DNA from: Halarcobacter sp.
GTDB taxonomy: Bacteria; Campylobacterota; Campylobacteria; Campylobacterales; Arcobacteraceae
Direction of reading: 5' to 3'
Length of the DNA: 64,000 bases
Assembly: GCA_048571215.1 (NCBI GenBank)
Contig: CP182352.1
Location: 3,360,001 to 3,424,000 of the forward strand
Part shown: one piece after another, positions 9,271 through 18,522 of the stretch
How positions within the stretch are numbered: the stretch's first letter is position 1
How the letters are laid out: every line of letters starts with the position of its first letter
The notes under the pieces: model-generated
The model's database searches: none
What the model saw: the letters and a program-made list of their open reading frames with translations, nothing else
What the model was told of the DNA's origin: nothing
Program-made: the position numbers and the translations under genes

Positions 9271-10989
9271 TTAGTCTTCGTTATTTAAATCATTGTGAAG
9301 TTTTCTTATTGTTTCATAATCATCTTTTCTAAAATAGGTTAATATCTCTATAACCTCTTCTCTTGTTCTTCCTAGATTTAGAAGAGTTTCTGCTCCCAAT
9401 CTTAAACTTCCTTCCGATGATTCTGGCATAGCCCACGAAGCTCCATGACTTAGGAGTGCATCTCTTGTTTTCATATTTTTTGTTCTTGATAAGATTCTCA
9501 TACTAGGAAATTGATTTCTTATATGTGAAACAATTTTTGAAGAAGTATAATGACTATCAACTGTAACAATAACAGCCTGAGCTTTTTCCAAACCTATTTG
9601 GGATAAAAAGTCAAGATTACTTAACTCTCCATAATAAACTGCTCTTCCCTCTTTTTGACCAAGTTCTACTCTTTGGGGATCTATATCAAAAGCTACAAAT
9701 GGCACATTTGCATGGCTTAGCATAGTTGCAACAAGTCGTCCAACTCTTCCATATCCTGCTATTATAACACCTTCCCATTCATCACTTGGAACATAAGCAG
9801 ATTTAATCTCAACAGGAGTTGTATCAAATTTTATTGATAGTTTTTCACTTATATTTACAACAATAGGAGTGATTAGCATACTAAATGAGATGATTGTAAC
9901 AGCTGCAATAAACATCTCATCTGAGATAACACCTAAAGCTTTTGCTGCTCCAAAAACAACAAATCCAAACTCTCCACTTTGAGCTAATAAAAAAGAAACT
10001 GAGATTGCAGTAGAGCGTTTATATCCCATAAAAAGCATAATTGAAAATAAAACTACAATTTTTATACCCATAATCACAACTAGGTGTTGGACTAAAATTA
10101 AGGGATCATTTAACATAGCCTTTAAATCTATCGACATCCCCACAGCTACAAAAAACAAGGTCATCAAGATACCTTTATATGGCTCTACATGCGCTTGTAT
10201 TTGATAATGATATCTTGAACTTGATAAAATCATACCCATAATAAATGCACCCAATGCCATAGATAAACCTGCATGTTCCATTGCCCAAGCTGCAAATACA
10301 ACCGATAAGATTACAGAGAAAAAGAACGCATCTTTGTTTTTGTTTCTAGCTAAATAATCCAATACTTTAGGTATCACAAATTTTCCAAGAACAAGTAAAA
10401 GTAAAATAAGTGCTACAGCTATTAAGACCTGTTGCCATAGTGGGTGTCCATCTGTAAGATTTCCTTTTTCAGCTAAAATTGGAACAAGTGCTAGTAGGGG
10501 AACAACTGCTAAATCTTGCATCAATAAGATAGAAAAACTACTTTTACCCATAGGGGAATATAGCTCCCCTTTTTCTTGTAAAATCTGCATAACAAATGCA
10601 GTTGAAGAAAGAGCAAAAGTTAAACCAACCAATATGGCAACTTGCCATGAAGTAGAATAAAAAATTGAATATAAAAATATAAAAAATCCAGAAACTAAAA
10701 TCTGTGCACTACCAAGACCAAAAACCTCTTTTCTCATACTCCAAAGCTTTTTAGGTTGCATCTCTAAACCGATAACAAAAAGTAGTAATACCACCCCAAA
10801 CTCGGTAATATGTCGTACCGCTTCAACCTTCTGGGTTAGTATTGGTCCAGGAGAATAAGGTCCTACAATAACCCCAGCAACTAATAATCCCAAAATACTA
10901 CCTAAGCCTAAATATTTCGATAGGGTGATTAAAACGGTAGCAACAACAATTAAATATAACGTTGAATTTAGAAGCTCTTCATTTGTCAT
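9271..10989 (-). CDS. CPA2-family K+/H+ antiporter (KefB/KefC-like) with KTN domain
   Basis: Many TM helices, EFGVVLLLFVIGLE, LLAQSGEFGFV, GYGRVG KTN motif. Confidence 0.9.
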   Translation of the reverse strand: MTNEELLNSTLYLIVVATVLITLSKYLGLGSILGLLVAGVIVGPYSPGPILTQKVEAVRHITEFGVVLLLFVIGLEMQPKKLWSMRKEVFGLGSAQILVSGFFIFLYSIFYSTSWQVAILVGLTFALSSTAFVMQILQEKGELYSPMGKSSFSILLMQDLAVVPLLALVPILAEKGNLTDGHPLWQQVLIAVALILLLLVLGKFVIPKVLDYLARNKNKDAFFFSVILSVVFAAWAMEHAGLSMALGAFIMGMILSSSRYHYQIQAHVEPYKGILMTLFFVAVGMSIDLKAMLNDPLILVQHLVVIMGIKIVVLFSIMLFMGYKRSTAISVSFLLAQSGEFGFVVFGAAKALGVISDEMFIAAVTIISFSMLITPIVVNISEKLSIKFDTTPVEIKSAYVPSDEWEGVIIAGYGRVGRLVATMLSHANVPFVAFDIDPQRVELGQKEGRAVYYGELSNLDFLSQIGLEKAQAVIVTVDSHYTSSKIVSHIRNQFPSMRILSRTKNMKTRDALLSHGASWAMPESSEGSLRLGAETLLNLGRTREEVIEILTYFRKDDYETIRKLHNDLNNED

Positions 10990-11216
10990 TGTATTCCTTA
11001 AAAAAGTAATTTATAATTAATATCAATATTATATTTTACTCAATAATATTAAAGAAAGGATTAGAGATATTTGAATTTTGGAAAAGTTGGTGATATTGTA
11101 TGATTTAAGGTTATAAAAATTTATATTTATAGTTTGTTTTATGTTTTAAAATTGAACTAAAAAGTTGTGACTATGTTTATTTTCGTGATTGCGTTTTAGT
11201 CCAAGAATAGCATTTA

Positions 11217-11308
11217 ATTTAAAACTAGAAAATTGACCTTTTGAAGTTTGCATAAAATCAAGGGTCAAATTTCTAGTTGAAGTAGGCATTTAAATTCTCA
11301 CTAACTAA
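11217..11308. repeat. ~90 bp palindrome-containing direct repeat, copy 2
   Basis: Matches 9120-9207; arms AACTAGAAAATTGACCTT / AAGGGTCAAATTTCTAGTT. Confidence 0.9.
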
Positions 11309-11339
11309 TGTATATTCTCATTAGTTAGTTTGTCTTACA
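11290..11339 (-). mobile_element. Tn7-like terminus of oldest element (A), mnmG-proximal end
   Basis: Minus strand TGTA-N15-TGAGAATAT with a second TGAGAAT 20 bp inward; same geometry as the other termini; abuts CCTCA. Confidence 0.7.
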
Positions 11340-11486
11340 CCTCATGTCATAATCAAAATAAATTTAGTATATAAATATTACTTATTTACGAACTTTATTA
11401 AGTTAGATATGAAAATTTATTTTTTTATTTGTCAAGTAAAAAATGATAATCAGTTAAAAATATTTTTATTTGTAATTAATTGAAAA

Positions 11487-11975
11487 TTATTTTACATTTA
11501 AGTGTTCAATGGTCACATCTACAGAACTATCTCTTAAATTTATATTTTTATTTAGTTGTAATAGTCTAAAATTTCTACCAAACACATCAAGTTTATTAAA
11601 GTTAATGTTTGTGTTTAATTTTTTCAATGAACTAGTATTGTTTATCTCAATTAAATTTATAGATTTTTTTGATTTAAGAGTTTGATTAGAGGTTATATAT
11701 ATGTTTACGATTTGCTTGTTAGCTAATTCTTCTTTGCCAAGAGAAAGAACAACTTTTTTATTTTTTTTATTTGCAACTTCAATCAAGTCTTTTATCTCAT
11801 TACCTTTAAGATAAATGCTTTTAGTTGCTCCAATATCATTGTTATAAGATTTGTTTCTTATTTTAATGATTTTCATTTTATCTTCAATCGTTAAGTTTTT
11901 TTTATTAAAAGAACTATCTGCATTTAAAATATAGTGAGAAAATAGTATGCAAATTAAAAAGCTAATTGTTTTCAT
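11487..11975 (-). CDS. Secreted hypothetical protein
   Basis: Signal peptide MKTISFLICILFSHYILNA; ATGA overlap with the upstream gene. Confidence 0.65.
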   Translation of the reverse strand: MKTISFLICILFSHYILNADSSFNKKNLTIEDKMKIIKIRNKSYNNDIGATKSIYLKGNEIKDLIEVANKKNKKVVLSLGKEELANKQIVNIYITSNQTLKSKKSINLIEINNTSSLKKLNTNINFNKLDVFGRNFRLLQLNKNINLRDSSVDVTIEHLNVK

Positions 11976-13366
11976 GATTGTACTCCACCATAGCTAATAA
12001 ATTTAATGTTCCCTTGATTATCTCTGTATAATTTAAATTTTCTTTTAAGTGTTCTGCCTTCTCTTTTAATTTCAACATTAACGGTATATATTGATTTCTT
12101 AAAAGGTGGAATTAAAATTTTTAATGATTTAATGTCATAATTAGGTTTACCTCTTAGTTTAAAAGTTTTAAGGTTATTCCAGCTTGTTTTAAAAGTTTGT
12201 GGTAACCATATATATTCTAGTTGATATTTACAATCATTAACCTTTTTGTAGTTAGATTTTTTGTCATTCATGAATCTAAAAAAGTAGCTAATAATTTCTC
12301 TTTCATCTTTAAAATCATGGAATGTCTCATTATTCCCATAATAATCAGTCATTTGGTTTTTAATATCATTTAGTTTTTTGATTCCTTTTTCATCAAATTT
12401 TACAGGGATTAAATTATATAAAGAAAAAGCTGTTGATAAATCTGCTTTATCTCCTAATAAACTTAGGTTATGGTATCCATTCTTTAAATCAATAGTAGAG
12501 TATCTGTTGTAAGTACCTTTTTTCTTGAAATTTGTTGCATCAAAAATGTCATTAAGTTTTTTTAAAATATCTTGTTGACTTCTTGATGAAAGTGTGTCTA
12601 TAAAGTGGTTTTTTAATAAAGTTTTATATTCTTCATTGTTAGTTCCTAAGATTCTATTATAATCTATAAAATTTATTGTTGAATATAATTGGACGAAGGC
12701 AACATCAAGTAAAGCGTAAATTGCATCTTGTTTTGATTCGTATATTATTTTATTGTCATTAATACCAAATCCTGTACCTGCAATATAAACATTAAATCCA
12801 AAACTATCAGTTTTAGACTTAATAGTGATTTTAGTACTTTGCGTTCCATACATTATATTTTCATTTCGATTGTAAATGTTAAGTGTAAGTGTCATTCTTA
12901 TATCTTCTATAATATTTTCAATACCAGTATAGTTACTAGAAGAACCTCTTCCTTTTCCACCTTCAATTGTAAAATCTTTACCAATTGATATTGATTTTGT
13001 AGTTTCACAAAAAAGAATAGGTTCAATTGAAAAATCTTGAGAATTTAAACCTTCATTATATTTAATTGTTGAATCTTCAAATCGTGTAGCTCTTCCTTTT
13101 ATCCAAGCTATAAATATAGAAGAATCAAATTTTTTAAAACAGTTTGAAAATGCACCTTCTGTAAATGCAATATTAAATCGGTTATTTTTGAAAACTTTAT
13201 TATTTACTTTTGCAAGTTCATTGTATCGTTTGACATATTGATCAGTATAAACTTCAACATTTTCTACTTTTTGTTTGCCAAAAGGATTTGATAAATTAAC
13301 ACTTGAACAACCTGATAAAACGAAAATGCTAAATATAAACAGAGTGTAAATCTTTGAACTTTTCAT
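11972..13366 (-). CDS. Outer-membrane lipoprotein with CsgG/HfaB-like region
   Basis: Lipobox LSGC; segment MTLTLNIYN...TQSTKITI...GFGI...ESKQDAIYALLDVAFVQL resembles the CsgG-type strand/helix pattern. Confidence 0.45.
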   Translation of the reverse strand: MKSSKIYTLFIFSIFVLSGCSSVNLSNPFGKQKVENVEVYTDQYVKRYNELAKVNNKVFKNNRFNIAFTEGAFSNCFKKFDSSIFIAWIKGRATRFEDSTIKYNEGLNSQDFSIEPILFCETTKSISIGKDFTIEGGKGRGSSSNYTGIENIIEDIRMTLTLNIYNRNENIMYGTQSTKITIKSKTDSFGFNVYIAGTGFGINDNKIIYESKQDAIYALLDVAFVQLYSTINFIDYNRILGTNNEEYKTLLKNHFIDTLSSRSQQDILKKLNDIFDATNFKKKGTYNRYSTIDLKNGYHNLSLLGDKADLSTAFSLYNLIPVKFDEKGIKKLNDIKNQMTDYYGNNETFHDFKDEREIISYFFRFMNDKKSNYKKVNDCKYQLEYIWLPQTFKTSWNNLKTFKLRGKPNYDIKSLKILIPPFKKSIYTVNVEIKREGRTLKRKFKLYRDNQGNIKFISYGGVQS

Positions 13367-13412
13367 TATCAATCCTTTTTCATTATTGGATAATAAAGGT
13401 GTAAAACCTTTA

Positions 13413-13724
13413 TTATCTACTTATATTACCTATTATGGCACTTGCTTCTTTCCCAACTTTAATACTTCTACCTTTGTAATTAACACTATATTTTGAGTTA
13501 CTAACATTGCCCCCTGTTTGATTTCCTATGAATAGAAGACCTTCTTTTTCAACTACTGCACTAGTTAGATTTACATCAGCTATCATTTTAATATTAGATA
13601 CTTTTGTATAAGTACTGCCTGAGACTGAAGCAAGTTTTTTTAAAAAAGTTGCAGATAAATTTAGAGCAGATAAATTTAAAGCACAAACACACCCGATAAC
13701 TGTTACTTTGATTACATTTTTCAT
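13413..13724 (-). CDS. Small secreted Ser/Asn/Gly/Val-rich protein
   Basis: Signal peptide, GAAGGA RBS, beta-prone composition. Confidence 0.65.
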   Translation of the reverse strand: MKNVIKVTVIGCVCALNLSALNLSATFLKKLASVSGSTYTKVSNIKMIADVNLTSAVVEKEGLLFIGNQTGGNVSNSKYSVNYKGRSIKVGKEASAIIGNISR

Positions 13725-13775
13725 GACTTTTCCTTCATATTTACTATATTAGATAATAAAGGTATTCACCTTTTT

Positions 13776-14043
13776 TATCTAATATATAAGTTGAAATGAT
13801 TTCAACTTTGCTACTGATTAATATCATTTATAGATGATATAACAACGTCTTTTTACACCAATATTATCCATGTCTATGTTAGACTAATATTGTGTTAGAA
13901 ACATTTTTTCAAGTACTTCTTGATGTAGAAGCAATTTCTTTATAAAATGTTCCAGACAGTCCAAAAGTCCAAGATACTTCTATTACAGACATATTGTATG
14001 CACAAAGACAGCTTATAAAAGTAAATGAAATTACTTTTTTCAT
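13776..14043 (-). pseudogene. Degenerate paralogue of 13413..13724
   Basis: Hand translation MKKVISFTFISCLCAYNMS...LSGTFYKEIASTSRST*KNVSN versus LSATFLKKLASVSGSTYTKVSN; shared downstream AAGGT...CCTTTATTATC motif. Confidence 0.7.
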
Positions 14044-14212
14044 TGTAAACTCCTTTAGTACATCAATAAATTGTTCAAATGAACACCACTCTTAGTAACC
14101 ATAAATGAACTATAGCATAGAAAATTTAAATTTAAAAGAGCCTATATATTAGATTATTATGATACATTTTGGATATGCAAATTTAAATTTACTGCGGTAT
14201 AATAATTTTAAG

Positions 14213-14250
14213 ATATTTTCGCATATTTTTCGCATATTTTTCGCATATTT
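14213..14250 (+). repeat. 11-bp tandem repeat (GCATATTTTTC, ~3 units) between a -10 box and the RBS
   Basis: Read directly; GGTATAAT lies just upstream. Confidence 0.8.
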
Positions 14251-14268
14251 AAATTTAAGGATGATGTT

Positions 14269-16671
14269 ATGGCTAGAGAACAAGTTTTTGATTCAAAGAT
14301 GTTTAAAGATAAAATAGATTTTTTTTTAAAAGAGTTTTATAAAGGTAATAAAGATGATTTATGTCATGATTTTTTAGAGTTTAAAAAATTAGATTTTTTA
14401 AAAGTAAAAAAAATTCTGAATATTAAAGAGAACCATGGTGGAACTGAACCTAAAAGATTATTAAACAATATTTTAAAATATAAAAATGAAGATTTTTATA
14501 AAAACCTTGATTTGATATATGATTATAAAACAAATGAAAAAAGCATTAAAGGAATAAATTCAACATTATATAGATGGTTAAGTAAACAACGTAGTTTACC
14601 TAATTTTTTTAAAGAGGCGTATGAAACTTTATATTTTTACCATAAGTATCAAAATTCTGATAAATTTCTTGAAAAAGAATATTTTAATAATAAAACTGAC
14701 ATAGAAGATTTTAAAAAAAGGGTAATAGCTTTTAAAAAAAGTGTTGAAGAAAATGAAGAGGATAATATTTTTAAAGATTTTAAATACTTATATATTTTTA
14801 GTAATACAATAAAGGAAAAATATGAAAAGGGTAAATCAAAAACTAAATTTGGTATTTATGATATAAAAACTATTTCAGACAATGAATTAATATTTAGGTC
14901 ACGAAATTTAAAAGAGAGATATGAAGTTTCTTATGCAATTAAAGATAGACAAATAATTCTAACAGCAGAAGCTGACTCAAGATATATTTTGATGTATATT
15001 TTTTATGATAATCCAAATTTTACAGTAACTAAGAAGATTGAAGATGATTATATTGTTGGTATATCAGTTTCATTAAGTACTTATAATAAAAAAGAACCTG
15101 ATGTTGTTACAAAAAAAATTATACTTTCAAAACATTTATTTTCAACTAATAACAGTGCAACATTATTAAATGAAGAACATCTTCAAACTTTCATTAATGG
15201 TTATAATTTGTTAAAAATAGATAGTTTTGACCACACTATATTAAAATCTTTAAATGAAAATAGCAAAACCAAAGATATGAAGTTATCAGAATATAAAATA
15301 AGAAGAATAGAAGATAATTTTATTGAACGAACAAATGAAGTTATTTCTTCTATTCACAAAAATGCACAGTTAATGATTGACTATTTAGCAAATAAGAATA
15401 CATTTTACCTTGAACCTATATTAAAACATTTAGAAAATAATCTGAGTCTTCTATCAAAAATTAAATATTCAAATCCTTCATTTACGATTGAAATGAGTGT
15501 TAAAAATACTTTTTTAGCAATTATCAATTCAAAACAATTTCAAAATAAAATTGAAAAAAATGAAATAAATAAGATTCGTTTTTTAATGAATATGGAGAGA
15601 AAAGTTTCAACTGCTTATTTTAAAAGTCAGTCTGAAATAATAGATTTTTTCACCCCACTTGAAAAACTTATTGAAAAAAATTTATTCGAATTGATAATTG
15701 TTCATAGTGAGCATCATAATGAAAAGATAAATGAGATTTTTAATACTTTGAGTGAAGTTAGAAAATGTACAAACCTAATTACCGTTACTGATTTAAATAA
15801 AGCAGGATTTGGTGAAAAAGAATACTTTTTTACAATAAATGAACTGTTGGTATCAAAAGACTCTACTAATAGTTTTTTTGAATGTACAATTTACAATAAT
15901 AAAGAAAAAGTAGAACATGCAAATAATATTTTTCATACAATTCTTAAAAAGACTGATAGAGTTGAATATAGATACAAAATAATATATTTGATAAAAAGAG
16001 AGCTAAAGAAGTATAAATTAAATTATAGTATAAATTCATTAGGGTATTTATTTTACAAACAATATCCAGATGAAAGAGATATTGCGGTTATAGAAATATT
16101 AAAATATGATAAAAATATTCAAAAAATATTGAATAACTTGTTAGTTAATAAAGAAGTATCTAATAAAAAACAAATTTTAAATTCTTTAAATGAATATTAT
16201 AAGTTAATAGATATTAGAGAAAAAGTATTTGATATTTTTTCAGATAGATACACTGAAGATAATTCATCTAAAAGCATTTCAGTAAAAAATAGAATTAATG
16301 GTTTTATTGAATATTATGAATTAAAATTTAAAGATTATGAATTTCTAGATTTTTATGCAACAATAAATGAAACTTGTAAAATATTAGATGATTTATTAAA
16401 TATACATGATGTTGAATTACCTTTTAGTAAAAAATGTATAAATAAACATCTTTTGGAATATTCTGAATATATTGAAAAAATAGTAAATGAAATTGAAGAA
16501 ATTAAAGATAATCTTATAAAACAGGGACTATCTAACATTTTATCAAATAAAAATATTAAAATAAATTTTGAAATTAAATTTGCTTTAGAAGATTTTATGA
16601 TTGGAGAAAATATTGATAAAGAGAATCTTAAAAAATTATTAGGTTTACAAGCTAAGAATTGTATGGAATGA
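14269..16671 (+). CDS. Large hypothetical protein, possible N-terminal HTH
   Basis: 800 aa ORF with AAGGA RBS; NSTLYRWLSKQRSLP resembles an HTH recognition helix. Confidence 0.6.
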   Translation: MAREQVFDSKMFKDKIDFFLKEFYKGNKDDLCHDFLEFKKLDFLKVKKILNIKENHGGTEPKRLLNNILKYKNEDFYKNLDLIYDYKTNEKSIKGINSTLYRWLSKQRSLPNFFKEAYETLYFYHKYQNSDKFLEKEYFNNKTDIEDFKKRVIAFKKSVEENEEDNIFKDFKYLYIFSNTIKEKYEKGKSKTKFGIYDIKTISDNELIFRSRNLKERYEVSYAIKDRQIILTAEADSRYILMYIFYDNPNFTVTKKIEDDYIVGISVSLSTYNKKEPDVVTKKIILSKHLFSTNNSATLLNEEHLQTFINGYNLLKIDSFDHTILKSLNENSKTKDMKLSEYKIRRIEDNFIERTNEVISSIHKNAQLMIDYLANKNTFYLEPILKHLENNLSLLSKIKYSNPSFTIEMSVKNTFLAIINSKQFQNKIEKNEINKIRFLMNMERKVSTAYFKSQSEIIDFFTPLEKLIEKNLFELIIVHSEHHNEKINEIFNTLSEVRKCTNLITVTDLNKAGFGEKEYFFTINELLVSKDSTNSFFECTIYNNKEKVEHANNIFHTILKKTDRVEYRYKIIYLIKRELKKYKLNYSINSLGYLFYKQYPDERDIAVIEILKYDKNIQKILNNLLVNKEVSNKKQILNSLNEYYKLIDIREKVFDIFSDRYTEDNSSKSISVKNRINGFIEYYELKFKDYEFLDFYATINETCKILDDLLNIHDVELPFSKKCINKHLLEYSEYIEKIVNEIEEIKDNLIKQGLSNILSNKNIKINFEIKFALEDFMIGENIDKENLKKLLGLQAKNCME

Positions 16672-16700
16672 TTCTTATTTAAGATTATTTGAGAACTTCA

Positions 16701-16863
16701 GAGACCGTTCAAAAATCTGTGTCAAGTCACCTAAAGTAACAAATCCATACTTGTTACAACTCTAAATAATTATCCAATCTCCCTTCGAAAAATATAGCAA
16801 GTTGAGAGATTGTTAAACTCCAATTATGCACTGGCTGAGTCCATTTTACTTTTGCATTTAATA
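16701..16863 (-). mobile_element. IS256 fragment (terminal IR plus transposase 3' end)
   Basis: Near-identical to 28676-28838 (one mismatch seen). Confidence 0.95.
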
Positions 16864-17132
16864 CCTCATGTCATATTCAAAAAAGATTATAATGACCTTT
16901 ACTAATCTAGGTAACTATACTATAGAGGTCTTTCCCTTACTTTTTGACTTCTTCATATTAGAAATATATCAATTAAAAAATGATAATAGTTTGTTAAAAA
17001 CTGATATTACAAATTACAACATAAATATGAGTAATGGATAATACTTAATTATCAGTTGTTAATTTTTATATATTTTATCATACTTGTCATTACTATTGTG
17101 TCATATATTTAGAATTTTAAAAAAACTTTAAA

Positions 17133-17492
17133 TTATTCTTCTTTTAATACCGTTTCTCTAATATAAATTAATAAGTCTTTCTCATCAATAATAGTAACCT
17201 TGTCTTTTTTTACAATTATTTTATTCTTACCATTATTCATCAATTTATCATAAATAGTATTTGCTATTATACCCGCTGGTACTCCACTTAATAAACCTAT
17301 TGATAAACCTATAACTAAATCTTTTTTACCAAATGCTTTTTCATCAGATTCATTTTCAAATAAATATTTAACATCTATATCATTTTCTAATAAAATACTT
17401 TCTTCTTTATTTGGTATAGAATTAAATAAATTCTCTAAAAAATTAGTATCTTCGGTAACTATTGTAATATCTTTAAAAATCTTTGCATCCAT
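17133..17492 (-). CDS. Small membrane protein (119 aa) with Gly-rich hydrophobic segment
   Basis: ATG at 17492 with GGAGAG RBS; LVIGLSIGLLSGVPAGIIANTIYDKL. Confidence 0.7.
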   Translation of the reverse strand: MDAKIFKDITIVTEDTNFLENLFNSIPNKEESILLENDIDVKYLFENESDEKAFGKKDLVIGLSIGLLSGVPAGIIANTIYDKLMNNGKNKIIVKKDKVTIIDEKDLLIYIRETVLKEE

Positions 17493-17493
17493 A

Positions 17494-18522
17494 TTAACTC
17501 TCCATATAAGTTTGAATTTTTCTATCCAATTCATCTAATAAATCTAAAAATCCTAAATCATCATTAGTGATCTTCATCATCTCATTTTTTAATCGACATG
17601 CTCTATCTAAAGGTGATGGATGTATTTTAGAAAGTTCTTCTCCATTTTTATACTCAATTAGATTAAGCCACATAAAGAAATAATAAATAGAATAAAAAGT
17701 TGACCACTTTTGAATATCCTCTTCTATATTAGCAAATAAGTTTTCAAAAGCAAATAGATCAGCTTTATATTCAAGTTCATGACTTTTACTAATTGAATCT
17801 ATATTAGAAATTTTTTCATCATCTTTTAACATATACATTTTATGATAATCCATAATATCAAAATCTCCATTTACTATGTGGCCTAACTCATGTAATCCAA
17901 TAAATTGCATAACCTTTATACTAAAGGATGATTGTGCTGCACTAGCTACTGAGTGAACATCATCTGGGTATTCATGCCAATAAATATCATTTGTTACTTT
18001 ATGATCTCGATTAAAAAATATATCTACTGATTTATTCAAGTAAGATGTTCCATCTCCTTTATATTCTATAAAGTCCCCTTGAAAATTTTCAATGATTATA
18101 CTTTTTGCAATTAATTGCAATGCATAGTATGTACCAAGATTAATAAAAATTGCATAACCATCTATGATTTCATCATAATCATTTTTATTTACACACCCTG
18201 CATGTATCTTACCACTTTCTAATATCCCAAGGCTTGATCTATTAATTATCTCTTCATACTTATTGTTCGTATATAAATTTAGATCTTCTTTTAAACTCGA
18301 TGCCATTTCACTGATAATATTTAAATAATTATCATAATTAGATCTTTCCTTATTAAATTGAGATAGTTGTCTAACACTTTCTTCATCATTATTTAGAGCC
18401 TTTAGTGTATTCTCTAAAACATTACTTTCTTTTTGACTTAAAGGATATGCTTTTAATAGCCAAGCATGAATACTTTTTCTTTCTTCTTCTTTTTTTATTT
18501 CTATAAATTCTTTAGCTGTCAT
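17494..18522 (-). CDS. HExxH zinc metallopeptidase (Lit/U49- or M48-like)
   Basis: LHELGH, ELEYKAD, HPSPLDR motifs; no signal peptide. Confidence 0.75.
   Translation of the reverse strand: MTAKEFIEIKKEEERKSIHAWLLKAYPLSQKESNVLENTLKALNNDEESVRQLSQFNKERSNYDNYLNIISEMASSLKEDLNLYTNNKYEEIINRSSLGILESGKIHAGCVNKNDYDEIIDGYAIFINLGTYYALQLIAKSIIIENFQGDFIEYKGDGTSYLNKSVDIFFNRDHKVTNDIYWHEYPDDVHSVASAAQSSFSIKVMQFIGLHELGHIVNGDFDIMDYHKMYMLKDDEKISNIDSISKSHELEYKADLFAFENLFANIEEDIQKWSTFYSIYYFFMWLNLIEYKNGEELSKIHPSPLDRACRLKNEMMKITNDDLGFLDLLDELDRKIQTYMES

Larger units (their letters stand above)
11345..16863. mobile_element. Tn7-like element B remnant (distal end intact, proximal end deleted)
   Basis: CCTCA|TGTCATAATCAAAA at 11340-11358 and an internal AAAAAATGATAAT site near 11438; right side truncated within an IS256 fragment. 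Confidence 0.6.

Noticed and set aside
11217..11280. dif/XerH-type site
   Set aside because: Arms and spacer are longer than a dif site and I see no convincing match.
11300..11344. Displaced native mnmG tail (CKTN*) followed by a terminator hairpin
   Set aside because: Possible, but the TGT-N16-TGAGAAT geometry, 20-bp repeat and tniQ relic/cargo further left fit a transposon end better. An empty-site genome is needed to exclude it fully.
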